Source: a bacterium
GTDB lineage: Bacteria > RBG-13-61-14 > DATKZS01
Direction: 5' to 3'
NCBI GenBank assembly: GCA_963674965.2
Contig: CAXXFL010000004.1
Coordinates: forward strand, 224,001 to 288,000
Length of the DNA stretch: 64,000 nt
The notes under the pieces were generated by a model. The model ran no database searches, had not been told where the DNA came from, and was given only the letters and a program-made list of their open reading frames with translations. Made by a program: the position numbers and the translations under genes. Numbering within the stretch: position 1 is the stretch's first letter; each line of letters begins with the position of its first letter. Of this stretch, positions 27,759 to 37,910 are shown one piece after another.

Positions 27759-30044
27759 TTAGAACAGACTGCCTTGCCTTGGATCGACGATCTCACGGGC
27801 CCACTGCCGCACCGATTCTGCCCTGTCGTCCAGGGCAGGCCGGATAAAGGACTCGCCGAATTCCTTGTATCCTTCTTTATATGCCGAAAGCCTTTGGGCC
27901 GCGTATTTGCTCTCCGTCATCCGTTCGAGGATGCGGCGCATGATCTCCCGGGAACCTTCCTCTTGCGAACCCCGGACCTTCTCCAGCATCTGTTCGTAAT
28001 TATGCCGCGTGTGCTCCGAGTAGGGGATCGATTCTACAAACTCGGCAATGAAGGGGACCTCCTCTTCCTCGGCAAGAAACTCAACACTGATACCGTCGTT
28101 AAAAATAAAGCCCTCTTCATCCTCTTCGTTAAGTGAAACGGGTTTCTCAGGTTCCGGCAGGGGAGGAGCGCCATCAAAAGCGCCGGGCGAAGCCAGTATC
28201 CTCGACAGGCCGTCGCGCAATTCCACCGGGACCGCGGCGATCTTCACCCGCCGCTTATTCACTTTCGCCATGCCAACGAACACCAATCCGTGGAGCCGCA
28301 GAAGCCCGAGGGGCGTTCTCGGCGTCTGGCCCTCGTCCCAGAACCAGGTGGCGTCTTCGTCCTTGCCGAACCTGCGGGACAGCTCCTGCATCGAGGCATG
28401 GCCGCCTTCATCGGCCAGAATATGTCCGAGCATCCGGCGGGACTCCTCCGGCAACCTCGACCAGATAAAAACAAGCGCGTCCTCGCGCGGCAACCGCTCT
28501 TTCAAAGCCTCCAGCCTCTCCTTGTTTTTCGCGAGTCCCAACATGCCCACCTGGTTGCATATGCCCTCGACCCAGTGCGCGGGCAGTTTCTTCAGGGCCG
28601 GCAGAAGTCCGGTGTTCGGCTTCAGTGCCTTATCCTCTAGTTCCCCGCGCCGCTCGGCCAGCATTTCCTCCATGAGTTCCCCGACCATACCGGGAGTGAC
28701 CAGGGGGAAGTCTGATTCATCAAGGTCCGCCAGGTCCACGGGCCGCGTCGGCTCGGCAATTTCGCTCTCATCCATTCCCCAGCGGGTGATGACGTCGGAT
28801 ACAAGCTCCGGGTCATCCACCATCAAAATGCGGGGCAATGGCTTGATCGCTTCGAGAAGTTCGGCCCTGACAATTTCGGACTTCTCTTTTTCGCACAGCC
28901 CCTTTTCCGCGAGAAACTCGAGCCACGCGGGCAACGCCAGCCCGAAAGCCGCGGCCCTGTACGGCTGGGGGAAAATGAACTGAAGCTTCTCGGCAAGGTG
29001 CTTGTCCGCCGATTTCGGCCTGGGAAGCAGCGCGCTCGCCGCCTTTTTCGCGGACAGGGCTTTATTTCCTTTCAACGCGGTCTCGAAGTTTTCGCTCAAG
29101 TACTCGTACATCTCGTCTTGTGCAAGCATGGACCGGGAGCGGATCCATCCGCGCCTGTAATGAAGAAAAGCGGAGAAATCCACGATGAGCAGGAACAGGT
29201 TCTTGGAGAGAAGACCATAGTCCGAGGTCTGGAAATCCTCGATGGTCCATTCCCGTTCCGACCGGCCCGAGTAATGGAACAGGATTTTCTCGAGCCATTC
29301 GGGGGTGACTCCATCAAGAGGCCCTACCTGGTCCAGGAACGAAACATTACTGCAATCACAATCCGGGTTGGAATCGAGGTGCTCTCCGATAAGTATGGCG
29401 GCGGCTTTATTCTGGAACTCTTCGATCCCGACGGGCAGGATGCCCGACATTTTCTTGACCTTGGGCCAAGCTTGCACCATGGCTGTGCTTAATTCCTTGA
29501 CGCGGCCATGATAGCGGAGTTTGTCGATTAAATAGAAGAACGGATCGAAAATCTTATCGTCAAGGTTCTCGGCCAGGGCCATGAGCGGCGTTTCCAGGTC
29601 CCCGCCGGGTTGCGACAAGGCCGCGTCCGCCCGCCAGATATTGAACCAGCCCGCATCCTCCGCGTACGCCTCCGGGCGTAGTTCCTCTATCCTTTTTATG
29701 ATTCGTTCGAACTCGTCGAAACGCCCGGCCTGCACCAGGGGAACGTGAAGGCATTCCATGATCTCGGACGCGATCTCACCATCAAACTCATCATCCCCCT
29801 CTATATAATCAAGGGCCAAGCGAAGCTTATCCTCGAATGAAGCCTTCTCAAACTCATCCCAAAACCGGTCGAAGTCCGAATCACGTACTTCCCGAACTCC
29901 AGAGTCATCATCGGATATATACTTCTCCTTCGCCGCGGGCAAACGAACAACCTTCGATTCATCCCTCTCTTTGTCCTGGCAGCACTTCTTGTACTTTTTG
30001 CCCGAGCAGCACGGACAGGGATCGTTACCGCCGATCTTTCCCAT
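27759..30044 (-). CDS. Large SEC-C motif protein (761 aa), helical, ending in QGSLF
   Basis: N-terminal KIGGNDPCPCCSGKKYKKCC; long uninterrupted ORF with RBS. Confidence 0.85.
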   Translation of the reverse strand: MGKIGGNDPCPCCSGKKYKKCCQDKERDESKVVRLPAAKEKYISDDDSGVREVRDSDFDRFWDEFEKASFEDKLRLALDYIEGDDEFDGEIASEIMECLHVPLVQAGRFDEFERIIKRIEELRPEAYAEDAGWFNIWRADAALSQPGGDLETPLMALAENLDDKIFDPFFYLIDKLRYHGRVKELSTAMVQAWPKVKKMSGILPVGIEEFQNKAAAILIGEHLDSNPDCDCSNVSFLDQVGPLDGVTPEWLEKILFHYSGRSEREWTIEDFQTSDYGLLSKNLFLLIVDFSAFLHYRRGWIRSRSMLAQDEMYEYLSENFETALKGNKALSAKKAASALLPRPKSADKHLAEKLQFIFPQPYRAAAFGLALPAWLEFLAEKGLCEKEKSEIVRAELLEAIKPLPRILMVDDPELVSDVITRWGMDESEIAEPTRPVDLADLDESDFPLVTPGMVGELMEEMLAERRGELEDKALKPNTGLLPALKKLPAHWVEGICNQVGMLGLAKNKERLEALKERLPREDALVFIWSRLPEESRRMLGHILADEGGHASMQELSRRFGKDEDATWFWDEGQTPRTPLGLLRLHGLVFVGMAKVNKRRVKIAAVPVELRDGLSRILASPGAFDGAPPLPEPEKPVSLNEEDEEGFIFNDGISVEFLAEEEEVPFIAEFVESIPYSEHTRHNYEQMLEKVRGSQEEGSREIMRRILERMTESKYAAQRLSAYKEGYKEFGESFIRPALDDRAESVRQWAREIVDPRQGSLF

Positions 30045-30252
30045 TCAGGTTTCCCCTCTCCCATCTTGATATCCCATTTGATAACATTTCATCACAACTT
30101 GAACCATGAAGGAAATTTACAACTGGGAGGAGAATTTTGAAAGTTACCGATTGCTTCCGGGCTCGTCCACAGCCCGGAAGTCTTTACAGATGTGACTTGC
30201 CTGGAAGTGTAATGCCCCTCAGCAAGTTGCGAGGCGCCCAAGCGGCCGCGCT

Positions 30253-30615
30253 TTATTTTAGCGTCTTCTTACGGGCCCCTTGCACTCTCGTGGCCGTGAA
30301 GCCCGACTCATCCCCCAGGTGGAAAAACAGCTTTCCCTCGATAACTCCTTGATCGTTCAGGACGACCCATCCTCTTCCACTGGCCTCGTCCATTTCATCG
30401 TAGCCGTCCCAGGAAAACTCCAGCGAAGGCCTCCCGTCGCGGATGTCCGGGCGGTGGTCGATCCAGCCTCTTACCAGCCCGAACTGAAACTCACCGGTCC
30501 CGTTCTTTTCGAACCGGATGAAAGCTGGTACTTCCATGTCCATGAAGTCCCGGTCCCACATCTCCATCTCTTCCATTCGCCATTCGCCCAACAGATCGGA
30601 TACCTTTTTTTTCAT
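30253..30615 (-). CDS. Hypothetical beta-rich protein
   Basis: GEWRMEEMEMWD...GEFQFG...FSWDGYDEMDEASGRGW...GDESGF reads as a natural protein. Confidence 0.7.
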   Translation of the reverse strand: MKKKVSDLLGEWRMEEMEMWDRDFMDMEVPAFIRFEKNGTGEFQFGLVRGWIDHRPDIRDGRPSLEFSWDGYDEMDEASGRGWVVLNDQGVIEGKLFFHLGDESGFTATRVQGARKKTLK

Positions 30616-30631
30616 TGAAGCGCCCCCGCAA

Positions 30632-30760
30632 TCAGTATTTGATAATTTCAGAAATCTGGGGACGCAGATCGCTGATAACGGTTTCAAATGGAGGCAGTCC
30701 AGGAACTAACGGCCCGAGCCATTGCTCCCAGGTTTTTTCGACAAAGCTCAACATCTTGAG
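30632..30760 (-). pseudogene. Possible C-terminal remnant of an AbiEii-type nucleotidyltransferase
   Basis: WEQWLGPLVPGLPPFETVISDLRPQI resembles AbiEii C-termini from memory; no start or core present. Confidence 0.3.
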
Positions 30761-30776
30761 AGTACCGAGTTCTATC

Positions 30777-31100
30777 CTACTTTTCGGTTTCTTCTTTAGC
30801 AATCTCGATTTCAAGTTTTGACCGTTCGATGGAAAGGTCAATCCACCTCTCGATCAGGCCCCTGAACTTTTTGTATTGCTTGATTTGGTCCCTGACGTCC
30901 TTCAGGAAGGGTGGACGCACATATTCTGTTTTGCTTTTTCCGTGATTGGTGTAGCTGATCTGGTGGAACGGTCCGATCTTTTTTTCAGGATCGCGGTACT
31001 GCACGGTCAATGAACCAGGGCGCATTCTTCCGATCCGTCCCAACTCCCGCCTGACCTTCTCGATTTCTCTTTCCACTTGCTTGAGTCGCTTTTTTTTCAT
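30777..31100 (-). CDS. DUF6788-like transposase-associated protein
   Basis: MRPGSLTVQY, GPFHQISYT, KSKTEYVR, YKKFRGLIERW. Confidence 0.7.
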   Translation of the reverse strand: MKKKRLKQVEREIEKVRRELGRIGRMRPGSLTVQYRDPEKKIGPFHQISYTNHGKSKTEYVRPPFLKDVRDQIKQYKKFRGLIERWIDLSIERSKLEIEIAKEETEK

Positions 31101-31218
31101 AATATATAGCATAGCAGTGCTAGATAGTCATGTCAAGAAAAAAGTACAAATAACCGAGATATCGCATTAATCGAACGAGACATTTCCATCTCCATCAAAC
31201 GATACAAGCTCGGCGGGT

Positions 31219-31327
31219 GACCCGTCCGGTTTCGAAGAAACCGCGCGGGTCCCGCCAAGCTGGATGAGTAGACCGCCCCATCTCTACCCGTTGCCTCGTC
31301 TTCAATCCGCTCTTTGCCACTTTGCCC
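31219..31327 (-). repeat. Dispersed ~105-bp repeat, copy B
   Basis: Reverse complement aligns with 4929-5033. Confidence 0.65.
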
Positions 31328-31420
31328 GACTTGGCGAGCTTACTCACGGATCCCTCTGTGCCAACGTAGATGAGACACTTCCCCTATGTTAAATTACTGT
31401 AGGGCGGGGGAGGTATTAGG

Positions 31421-31960
31421 ATGTATAGAGAGATGGATGAAGACAGGAAGAAGGCAGGGATTGTTGGGGAGACGGAGGGAGCCCGTAGGGCGACCGGAGT
31501 CTCCCCAACCGGGACGGCCGAGCCGGAGGACACTCCTGCCAAGCGGCCCGAGCGGGTGGGGGCGCCGATCATTCTTCCCGAGCCGGAGGTCCCGGAAAAG
31601 CCCGCCCGGCGGCGCTTCACCGCGGCTTACAAGCTCGCAATCCTCGGGAAGGCCGACGCCTGCTCGGGGCATGGCGAGGTCGGCGCCCTGCTGCGCCGGG
31701 AGGGCCTTTATTCGTCGCACCTGACGGCCTGGCGCAAGCAGCGGGACGAGGGGGCCTTGAAAGCGCTTTCGCCCGTAAAGCGGGGCCGCAAGCCCAAGGC
31801 CAAAAACCCGCTGGCCGATGAAGTGGCCCGCCTCGAGCGCGAGAACGGGAAGCTCCAAAAGCGGCTCGAACAGGCCGAGATGATAATCGACTTCCAAAAA
31901 AAAGTTGCCGATCTGCTGGGGATACCCCTGGCCAAGCCGCCCGGCGAAGAGAGCGAATGA
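31421..31960 (+). CDS. IS3 transposase OrfA
   Basis: RRRFTAAYKL, LLRREGLYSSHL, leucine-zipper-like tail. Confidence 0.9.
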   Translation: MYREMDEDRKKAGIVGETEGARRATGVSPTGTAEPEDTPAKRPERVGAPIILPEPEVPEKPARRRFTAAYKLAILGKADACSGHGEVGALLRREGLYSSHLTAWRKQRDEGALKALSPVKRGRKPKAKNPLADEVARLERENGKLQKRLEQAEMIIDFQKKVADLLGIPLAKPPGEESE

Positions 31961-32973
31961 TGGAATCGGCAAGCACGGCCGCTCCCCGGGTCGGCGCCAA
32001 GGCCGCCTGCGAGGCCCTGGGCCTGTCGCGAGCAACGTTTAATCGTCGCGCTAAAATTCCCTTCGGGCCTCCGCCGCCGAGGCGCGCGGCCAAGCCGGCA
32101 AGGTCGTTGAGCGAGGACGAGCGGCGCCGGGTGCTGGACGAACTCCACTCCGAGCGCTTTGCCGACAAGGCCCCCCGCGAGGTCTGGGCAACGCTCCTGG
32201 ACGAGGGGACATGGCTGTGCTCGGTCCGCACCATGTACCGCGTCCTCGACTCGGAAAAGGAAGTCCGGGAGCGGCGCAACCAACTCCGGCGTCCCCGATA
32301 CAAAAAACCCGAGTTGCTGGCCGAGGCCCCCAACCAGGTCTGGTCCTGGGACGTCACCAAACTCAAGGGACCGGCCAAATGGACCTGCTACCAACTCTAC
32401 GTGATCATGGACATCTTCAGCCGCTGCGTGGTGGGATGGATGATCGCCGGACGCGAAAGCGCGGAGCTGGCCCGCCGCCTGATCGGGGACAGCATCCGAA
32501 AACAGGGGATCGAGCCGGGACAACTCACCATCCACGCCGACCGGGGGAGTTCGATGAAATCAAAGCCGGTGGCCTTCTTGATGGCCGACCTGGGCGTGAC
32601 CAAGAGCCACTCGCGGCCCCACGTGTCCGACGACAACCCCTACTCGGAAAGCCAGTTCAAGACCATGAAGTACCGGCCCGAGTTCCCGAGCCGGTTCGGC
32701 TCCATCGAGGACGCCAGGGCCTTTTGCGTGAAGTTTTTCGATTGGTACAACCGCGAGCATCGGCACACCGGGATCGGCCTGATGACGCCCGAGATGGTCC
32801 ATTACGGAATGGCGAGCGAGATCGTGGCCGCCAGGCAAAAAACGCTCGACCACGCCTATGAAAAAAAACCGGAGCGCTTCGTGAAAAGACCGCCGACGGC
32901 GCCGGAGTTGCCCGGCAAAGCGTGGATCAACCCACCGGCGAAACCGGAGGAAATAAACAGTTTGCCACACTAA
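31957..32973 (+). CDS. IS3 transposase OrfB (DDE integrase core)
   Basis: WSWDVTKL, DIFSR, HADRG, DNPYSESQFKTMK, WYNREHRH. Confidence 0.95.
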   Translation: MMESASTAAPRVGAKAACEALGLSRATFNRRAKIPFGPPPPRRAAKPARSLSEDERRRVLDELHSERFADKAPREVWATLLDEGTWLCSVRTMYRVLDSEKEVRERRNQLRRPRYKKPELLAEAPNQVWSWDVTKLKGPAKWTCYQLYVIMDIFSRCVVGWMIAGRESAELARRLIGDSIRKQGIEPGQLTIHADRGSSMKSKPVAFLMADLGVTKSHSRPHVSDDNPYSESQFKTMKYRPEFPSRFGSIEDARAFCVKFFDWYNREHRHTGIGLMTPEMVHYGMASEIVAARQKTLDHAYEKKPERFVKRPPTAPELPGKAWINPPAKPEEINSLPH

Positions 32974-33144
32974 ATTCAGGAAAGGCGTGTCTCATTTTGC
33001 TTGACACATTCCGGATTCGAAACTTAGCGAGCATTCCCGGAACGCCAAACTCGCCGATCCGCTCGCCTAATCTATATGTATCTTTTAGCCTCCTGATGCA
33101 AGGACGGTTGGTTATTTTAGTTCAGAAATATCAATATGGCCAAG

Positions 33145-33954
33145 TTATTTAGGAACGGTTTCCTCGCGTACGTAGTAAATCAACTCATTCTTCATTTCTT
33201 GATCGAAAACGTACGTATCGATCAACTCCAGACAATCTTTTTTGCTCTTCTCCTTTTGGCCATGGCGATTGTCTAGACAAAAGGAAATAAAAATAAAAGT
33301 GTGAAAATGTCGATCATGAATAATGCGATTTTGTTCTTTTACATAATTTCTTCTTTCTTCATAAGTTTCAAAGCATTTAGAATAATCTACTTGGCCATAT
33401 GGTTTAGAGCATATCGGGTATTTTTCATATTGTATGATTTCATTTTCTTTTTGGTTTGTAATTGACAATAGTAATCTATGAAGCTCACAATTAAGACTTT
33501 CTCGTTCCACCTCCGGTAGATATTTCATGTCGCCTTCCGATCTATAGGCGTATGCAGATGATTTACTTTCCCATATTTTCAGCTTGGCGCCCGCATCTAA
33601 ATCACATTCCAAGGCCTTATTGTAAAGGGCAATCACTTCATCCGCCGCTTTGCTTAAATCTCGGAAATCACCCTTATTCCCCAATGCTATTTTGAACAAT
33701 TCATGCAATTTTGCATGCTTAGATGACGCCGCGATATAATACACTTTCCCTTTTTTGGTCTGATCATCCATCTCCTTTGCAATATCGAGGCAATCATCAA
33801 TATGTGATTCATAATATTTAAAACTGCCTTGCAAGCATTTCCGCTGAGTTACGCTTTCGCCTGGTTCACTTGGGATATTATTACATCCAACATGAAAAAA
33901 GGCGGCGATAAATAGAAAGCCACATATGTCTGATAAAGATATTTTCTTAGCCAT
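33145..33954 (-). CDS. AT-rich hypothetical helical lipoprotein
   Basis: RBS GGAG; signal peptide ending HVGC; Cys-rich helical body. Confidence 0.65.
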   Translation of the reverse strand: MAKKISLSDICGFLFIAAFFHVGCNNIPSEPGESVTQRKCLQGSFKYYESHIDDCLDIAKEMDDQTKKGKVYYIAASSKHAKLHELFKIALGNKGDFRDLSKAADEVIALYNKALECDLDAGAKLKIWESKSSAYAYRSEGDMKYLPEVERESLNCELHRLLLSITNQKENEIIQYEKYPICSKPYGQVDYSKCFETYEERRNYVKEQNRIIHDRHFHTFIFISFCLDNRHGQKEKSKKDCLELIDTYVFDQEMKNELIYYVREETVPK

Positions 33955-35016
33955 AGTAATCTCCGGCGCCGGCGGTTTTTCAAACCTTGTGCGCAATATA
34001 CCTCCCGCCTCCTGAAATATTGCTGCGACTTTATAGCTGAAGTCACCTTTTATTTTCGTAGATACTATCCTCCGAGGGATAAGTCCCGTCCCTGACGTGC
34101 TTTTTCAGCTAATACGCGTTATTCAGGTAATGGCCAGTCCTTTTCTCCGCCTTCATTTAATATCTGTTTCAGCTGTTCCCTGGTAAGTCCATGCTTTTTA
34201 GAAATTTCACCTTCATATTTATTTTTCATTTTTTCACTCAATTCTCCTTGTTTATTCAATTGCTCTTCAAAATCTACTTTGACCTGTCCAATTAAAGCGA
34301 TGCTATTTATCCACCCTGTTTCAATAACATTCCTTGATGGTACCTTGGCTTTCACGTTATACCATTTGGTACTTTCTATCTTGGCAACTTTGACCACCTC
34401 AATGCTCGTCCCAGCGGGAAGTCTTTTAATTTTGCTTATTGCCTCAATAGCGTCCTTTGGCTCTAACTCCGGCATTAAAGGCGTCTCTTTCGAAAGCTTA
34501 ATTGACTGCCCTGGATAAAGAGATTGTGTCGGGTCGATGGGATATTTATCTTCAGCCTCTTCCAATGCCTTATCATGAGAAGATACAATCTCCTTATAAA
34601 TTTTCCTTCTCATCTCTTCAGAAAGACCAAAACGCTTTTCTGGAGCAACTCCTAACTGCTCAATCTGCATGTCATTATAGCTTATATTTGGTTTTGAAGT
34701 TTTATTGTTCCATCGCGACATTGCTATCCATTGCCCCATTCCGGCTTGTGCCAATTCCCTTGACGTATATGCGTAAATGTAAATATCTGTAGGATGCTGA
34801 TTGAATTTAAATCCCTTTTTATTCTTTTCCGAGCCATTAAGTTTCTCCAGCATGGCTTTAAGGCCAGGTTTGGATATTTCACCAGATACCAATAAATCCA
34901 TTGACACTTTAACGTACATATTATTATCCGCTACTTCTCTGTTTAATGTCTTATACTTTGGTATTATGATTTTATCTGTGCCGGTATTTTTTCCATCATC
35001 TCTTTTTTCTTGAACT

Positions 35017-36782
35017 AGTTCCAGTTGCGTAACTAGAAAAAGCCAATAAAAACAATGTGCTGTAAGCATTTTTCGCTTCCCTTTTTGGTCTTGTTATGAT
35101 ACAATAACTCCTTGAAAAATCAAGGATTGACTTGCCGGGATGCTGTGAAGGGGGCGAAAAATGCGACCGAAAATTAAAATGCAAATGACCATTGAAGACC
35201 ACGAATTTTTGAAAGCGGGCCATCTTTTCAAACAAGACACTGAGCTTGAGAAGATGAGCATAGCGCTCGACGAGGCCAAGGAAATTCTGGAAGCTGTTGC
35301 CGATGATCTCCAAAGCGGACTCAAGGAGACCGGCGCCGAGGGGATGAGCGTCGAGCAGGTCCTTAGGAGCGCGGTCATCTATCAACTCAAGTGTTATTCC
35401 TACCGGGAACTCGGCGACCGCCTCGGTTCCGATTACAATTTCCGCAAGTTCACCAGGTTCTTCGGGCGGGACATTCCCCATTTCAGCAGCCTGGAGCGGG
35501 CGATAAAACGCATCCGCCCCGAGACCTGGGAGCGGATCAACGAAATGCTCGTGGCCCTGGCCATTAAAAAAAAAGTAGAAGACGGCGAGGCGGTCCGCGC
35601 TGACACCGCGGTGGCCGAGGCCAACATCCACTATCCGACCGACGCTTCGCTTCTTTTTGACAGCATCCGTGTATTGGACCGGTTGATGAAAGGAGCGCGG
35701 AAGGAGCTGCCGGGTCTCGGGTTCGAATATCATGACCGGACTCGGCGGGCCAAGAAGCGCGCTTACCAGATCGCCATGGGCAAAGGCAAAGGGATCGAGA
35801 AGAAACGGGCGGTCTGGTACCGGGACCTTCTCAAGGTTTCGGCGGAAATCTTGGCCATGGCCCGCTCGGCGCGGGAGGCGCTGGACGAGGCCCTTAAAGG
35901 CGGAGAGCTTTATTTCAGCGATGCGGGCCTGGCAACCATGATCAAGAGCGAACTCGATCATTACCTGCCGCTTTCTGAGCAGTGCGTCGAGCAGTGCGAG
36001 CGGCGGGTTATAAAAGGCGAGAAGGTTCCCGCGCAAGAGAAGGTGGTTTCCGTTTTCGAGCCGCACGTTGATATCATCCGGAGAGGCAAGACCATGAGCC
36101 CGACCGAGTTCGGTCACAAGGTGATGGCGGCGACGGGAAGGTCGGGGATTGTGCTTCAATATAAAGTGTGCGAGGGCAACCCTTCCGACGCCGACCTTTT
36201 CGAGGACATTTTGCAAAAACACGTCCGCCTGTTCGGCAAGGCTCCACGCGAGTTTACCGGCGACCGCCGCTTCTATCATGAGGACAATGAGAAGCTTGCG
36301 ACCGAAGGTCCTTATTATATCGAGCGCCTGGCCATTCCCAAGCCCGGCAAAAGGAGTTCGGAGCGGATCGAGCACGAGCGTCAGCGCTGGTTCAAGAAGC
36401 TTCTTCGCTTCCGGGCCGGGATCGAGGGCGGCCTTTCCGCCCTTCTTCGCGGCTTCGGTCTGAGCCGATGCCTGTGGAGAGGTTTCGAGAGCTTCAAGTC
36501 CTGGGTGGGTCTTTCGTTCTTTGCCTGGAACCTTCGAAAACTCGCGCTGCTGACTTAGCCGCCGCCGGGCGCGCCCCTGTGGGGGCAATGAAAAACGGAA
36601 ATGAAAAACAGCAAAAGGAGAGGTGTTTTTTGAAAGGATAGAAAAGGGCCGGCTCAGGCATTCAACTCGCCTGAAAGCGTTAAAATCTTTTCCGTCCTTT
36701 ATGGACGCCCTGAAAATCTGCATGTCCATATCCTCTCCGCACCGCATAATGAAAGCCATTAAGCAGTTGTGCAACAGAAACT
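35017..36782 (+). mobile_element. ISNCY/IS5-like insertion sequence (1766 bp)
   Basis: Imperfect TIRs AGTTCCAGTTGCGTAACT / AGTTTCTGTTGCACAACT; AACT duplication at 35013-16 and 36783-86. Confidence 0.9.
35161..36558 (+). CDS. DDE transposase (ISNCY/IS5-like)
   Basis: RADTAVAEANIHYPTDASLL, EFGHKV, GDRRF, RAGIEGGLS, WNLRKL. Confidence 0.92.
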   Translation: MRPKIKMQMTIEDHEFLKAGHLFKQDTELEKMSIALDEAKEILEAVADDLQSGLKETGAEGMSVEQVLRSAVIYQLKCYSYRELGDRLGSDYNFRKFTRFFGRDIPHFSSLERAIKRIRPETWERINEMLVALAIKKKVEDGEAVRADTAVAEANIHYPTDASLLFDSIRVLDRLMKGARKELPGLGFEYHDRTRRAKKRAYQIAMGKGKGIEKKRAVWYRDLLKVSAEILAMARSAREALDEALKGGELYFSDAGLATMIKSELDHYLPLSEQCVEQCERRVIKGEKVPAQEKVVSVFEPHVDIIRRGKTMSPTEFGHKVMAATGRSGIVLQYKVCEGNPSDADLFEDILQKHVRLFGKAPREFTGDRRFYHEDNEKLATEGPYYIERLAIPKPGKRSSERIEHERQRWFKKLLRFRAGIEGGLSALLRGFGLSRCLWRGFESFKSWVGLSFFAWNLRKLALLT

Positions 36783-37858
36783 AACTAATTTGACTATATC
36801 CGGAAGCATCTTCAGCAATATTAAATCAGCTTTATCGTTACCAGTGGACAGAGCGGACGGCAAGGAATTTTTTTTTAATATTGAAGACAATTTATCATCA
36901 TCTAACTTCTCAATTCCCTCCTTCAGATGCTTTTCAGCTATGCCTTTTTCGCCTAAATTAATTTGAGCTATTTTAAGTCCGATGTAAGTCCTATTTTTAT
37001 CGCCTTTAAACTCCTTAATAGAAATTGCCTCATTAAAAGCTTCCTTTGCCTTAACAAACTCACCTTTTGACAATGCCAATTCACCCCTCTTCATGGCCTC
37101 CTCAAAATTTTTCTTGCTTTCCTCCTTTATCCGCTCAGCTTCGATTTTTGCTTGTTTTTCTAATTCAGCCTTTTTCTTTTTCTCTCCTTTCACCGAGATA
37201 CTCGCGCTGGAAATGAGTAGGAAGAATAAAAATAACGGTATCAACAAGACCGTAACTATGAGGGTGGCCTCGTTCATTGTATTGATTCTTATAAAGTTCC
37301 CAATCCGGATTCTTAATTTTTTGCGCGCGAGAAAGACTGTGGCAAAAACAATTCCGGAGATGTCGAGAAAAATACCCAGCCTCGGAAAGGCCACACTCAC
37401 AACAAGCCAAATAATAACCAGAATCACGCCAAGGCAGCCTATCCCCAATAATTTCATGGAATCGGCGGAGGCGACATTGGGAGGGGGTTGTTGTCGATAA
37501 TCGGCTTGCGTTTGAGGCCAAGGCCCGGAATACGTGGGCGATCCGCCAGTACGAGGTTGTTCTTCTTGCGGGGACTTTGGAGGTTGAACCGTTACAGGAG
37601 TTTGAGGCGCGGGGTAGCCGGAAAGGTCCGACTGGCAATGCTTGCATTTTATAGCGTCCACCTTAATTTCTTCAGCGCAAAAAGGACACTTTTTTGTATC
37701 CCCATCCATGATAAACCCTCCCATTTAAAAAGTTGGAATTTCTACTTTGCCTTTTCAGTAAGAATCAATACCTCACGATAAGCATATATGTCAAGGGAGA
37801 GGCTGGCTCGCTCGGCCCCAATAAACCGGGTGAGTCATTCATCATGGTCCAACCACGG

Positions 37859-37892
37859 AAAAGGCGGCCCGCCCAAACGGGTGGACCGCCTT
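37859..37892 (-). terminator. Rho-independent terminator after ftsZ
   Basis: AAGGCGGCCCGCCC-AAAC-GGGTGGACCGCCTT stem with a T-run on the minus strand. Confidence 0.7.
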
Positions 37893-37910
37893 GATCAATC
37901 TAATTTACTC

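Larger units (their letters stand above)
31357..33008 (+). mobile_element. IS3-family insertion sequence
   Basis: Imperfect TIRs TGTGCCAACGTAGATGAGACAC / TGTGTCAAGCAAAATGAGACAC; A8G slippery site at 31896-31904, where a -1 shift fuses orfA to orfB; no clear TSD. Confidence 0.92.
34119..37709 (-). pseudogene. Zinc-ribbon membrane protein (606 aa when rejoined), disrupted by an IS
   Basis: CPFC...CKHC, Pro/Gln linker, TM helices; removing 35017-36782 and one AACT copy restores in-frame ...PDIVKLV|QEKRDDG... Confidence 0.85.

Noticed and set aside
31357..31366. Integron attC core (TGCCAAC/GTTGGCA) near co-oriented AT-rich genes
   Set aside because: It is the left TIR of the IS3; no paired attC sites or integrase found
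34996..36774. 592-aa minus-strand ORF
   Set aside because: Antisense shadow of the IS transposase
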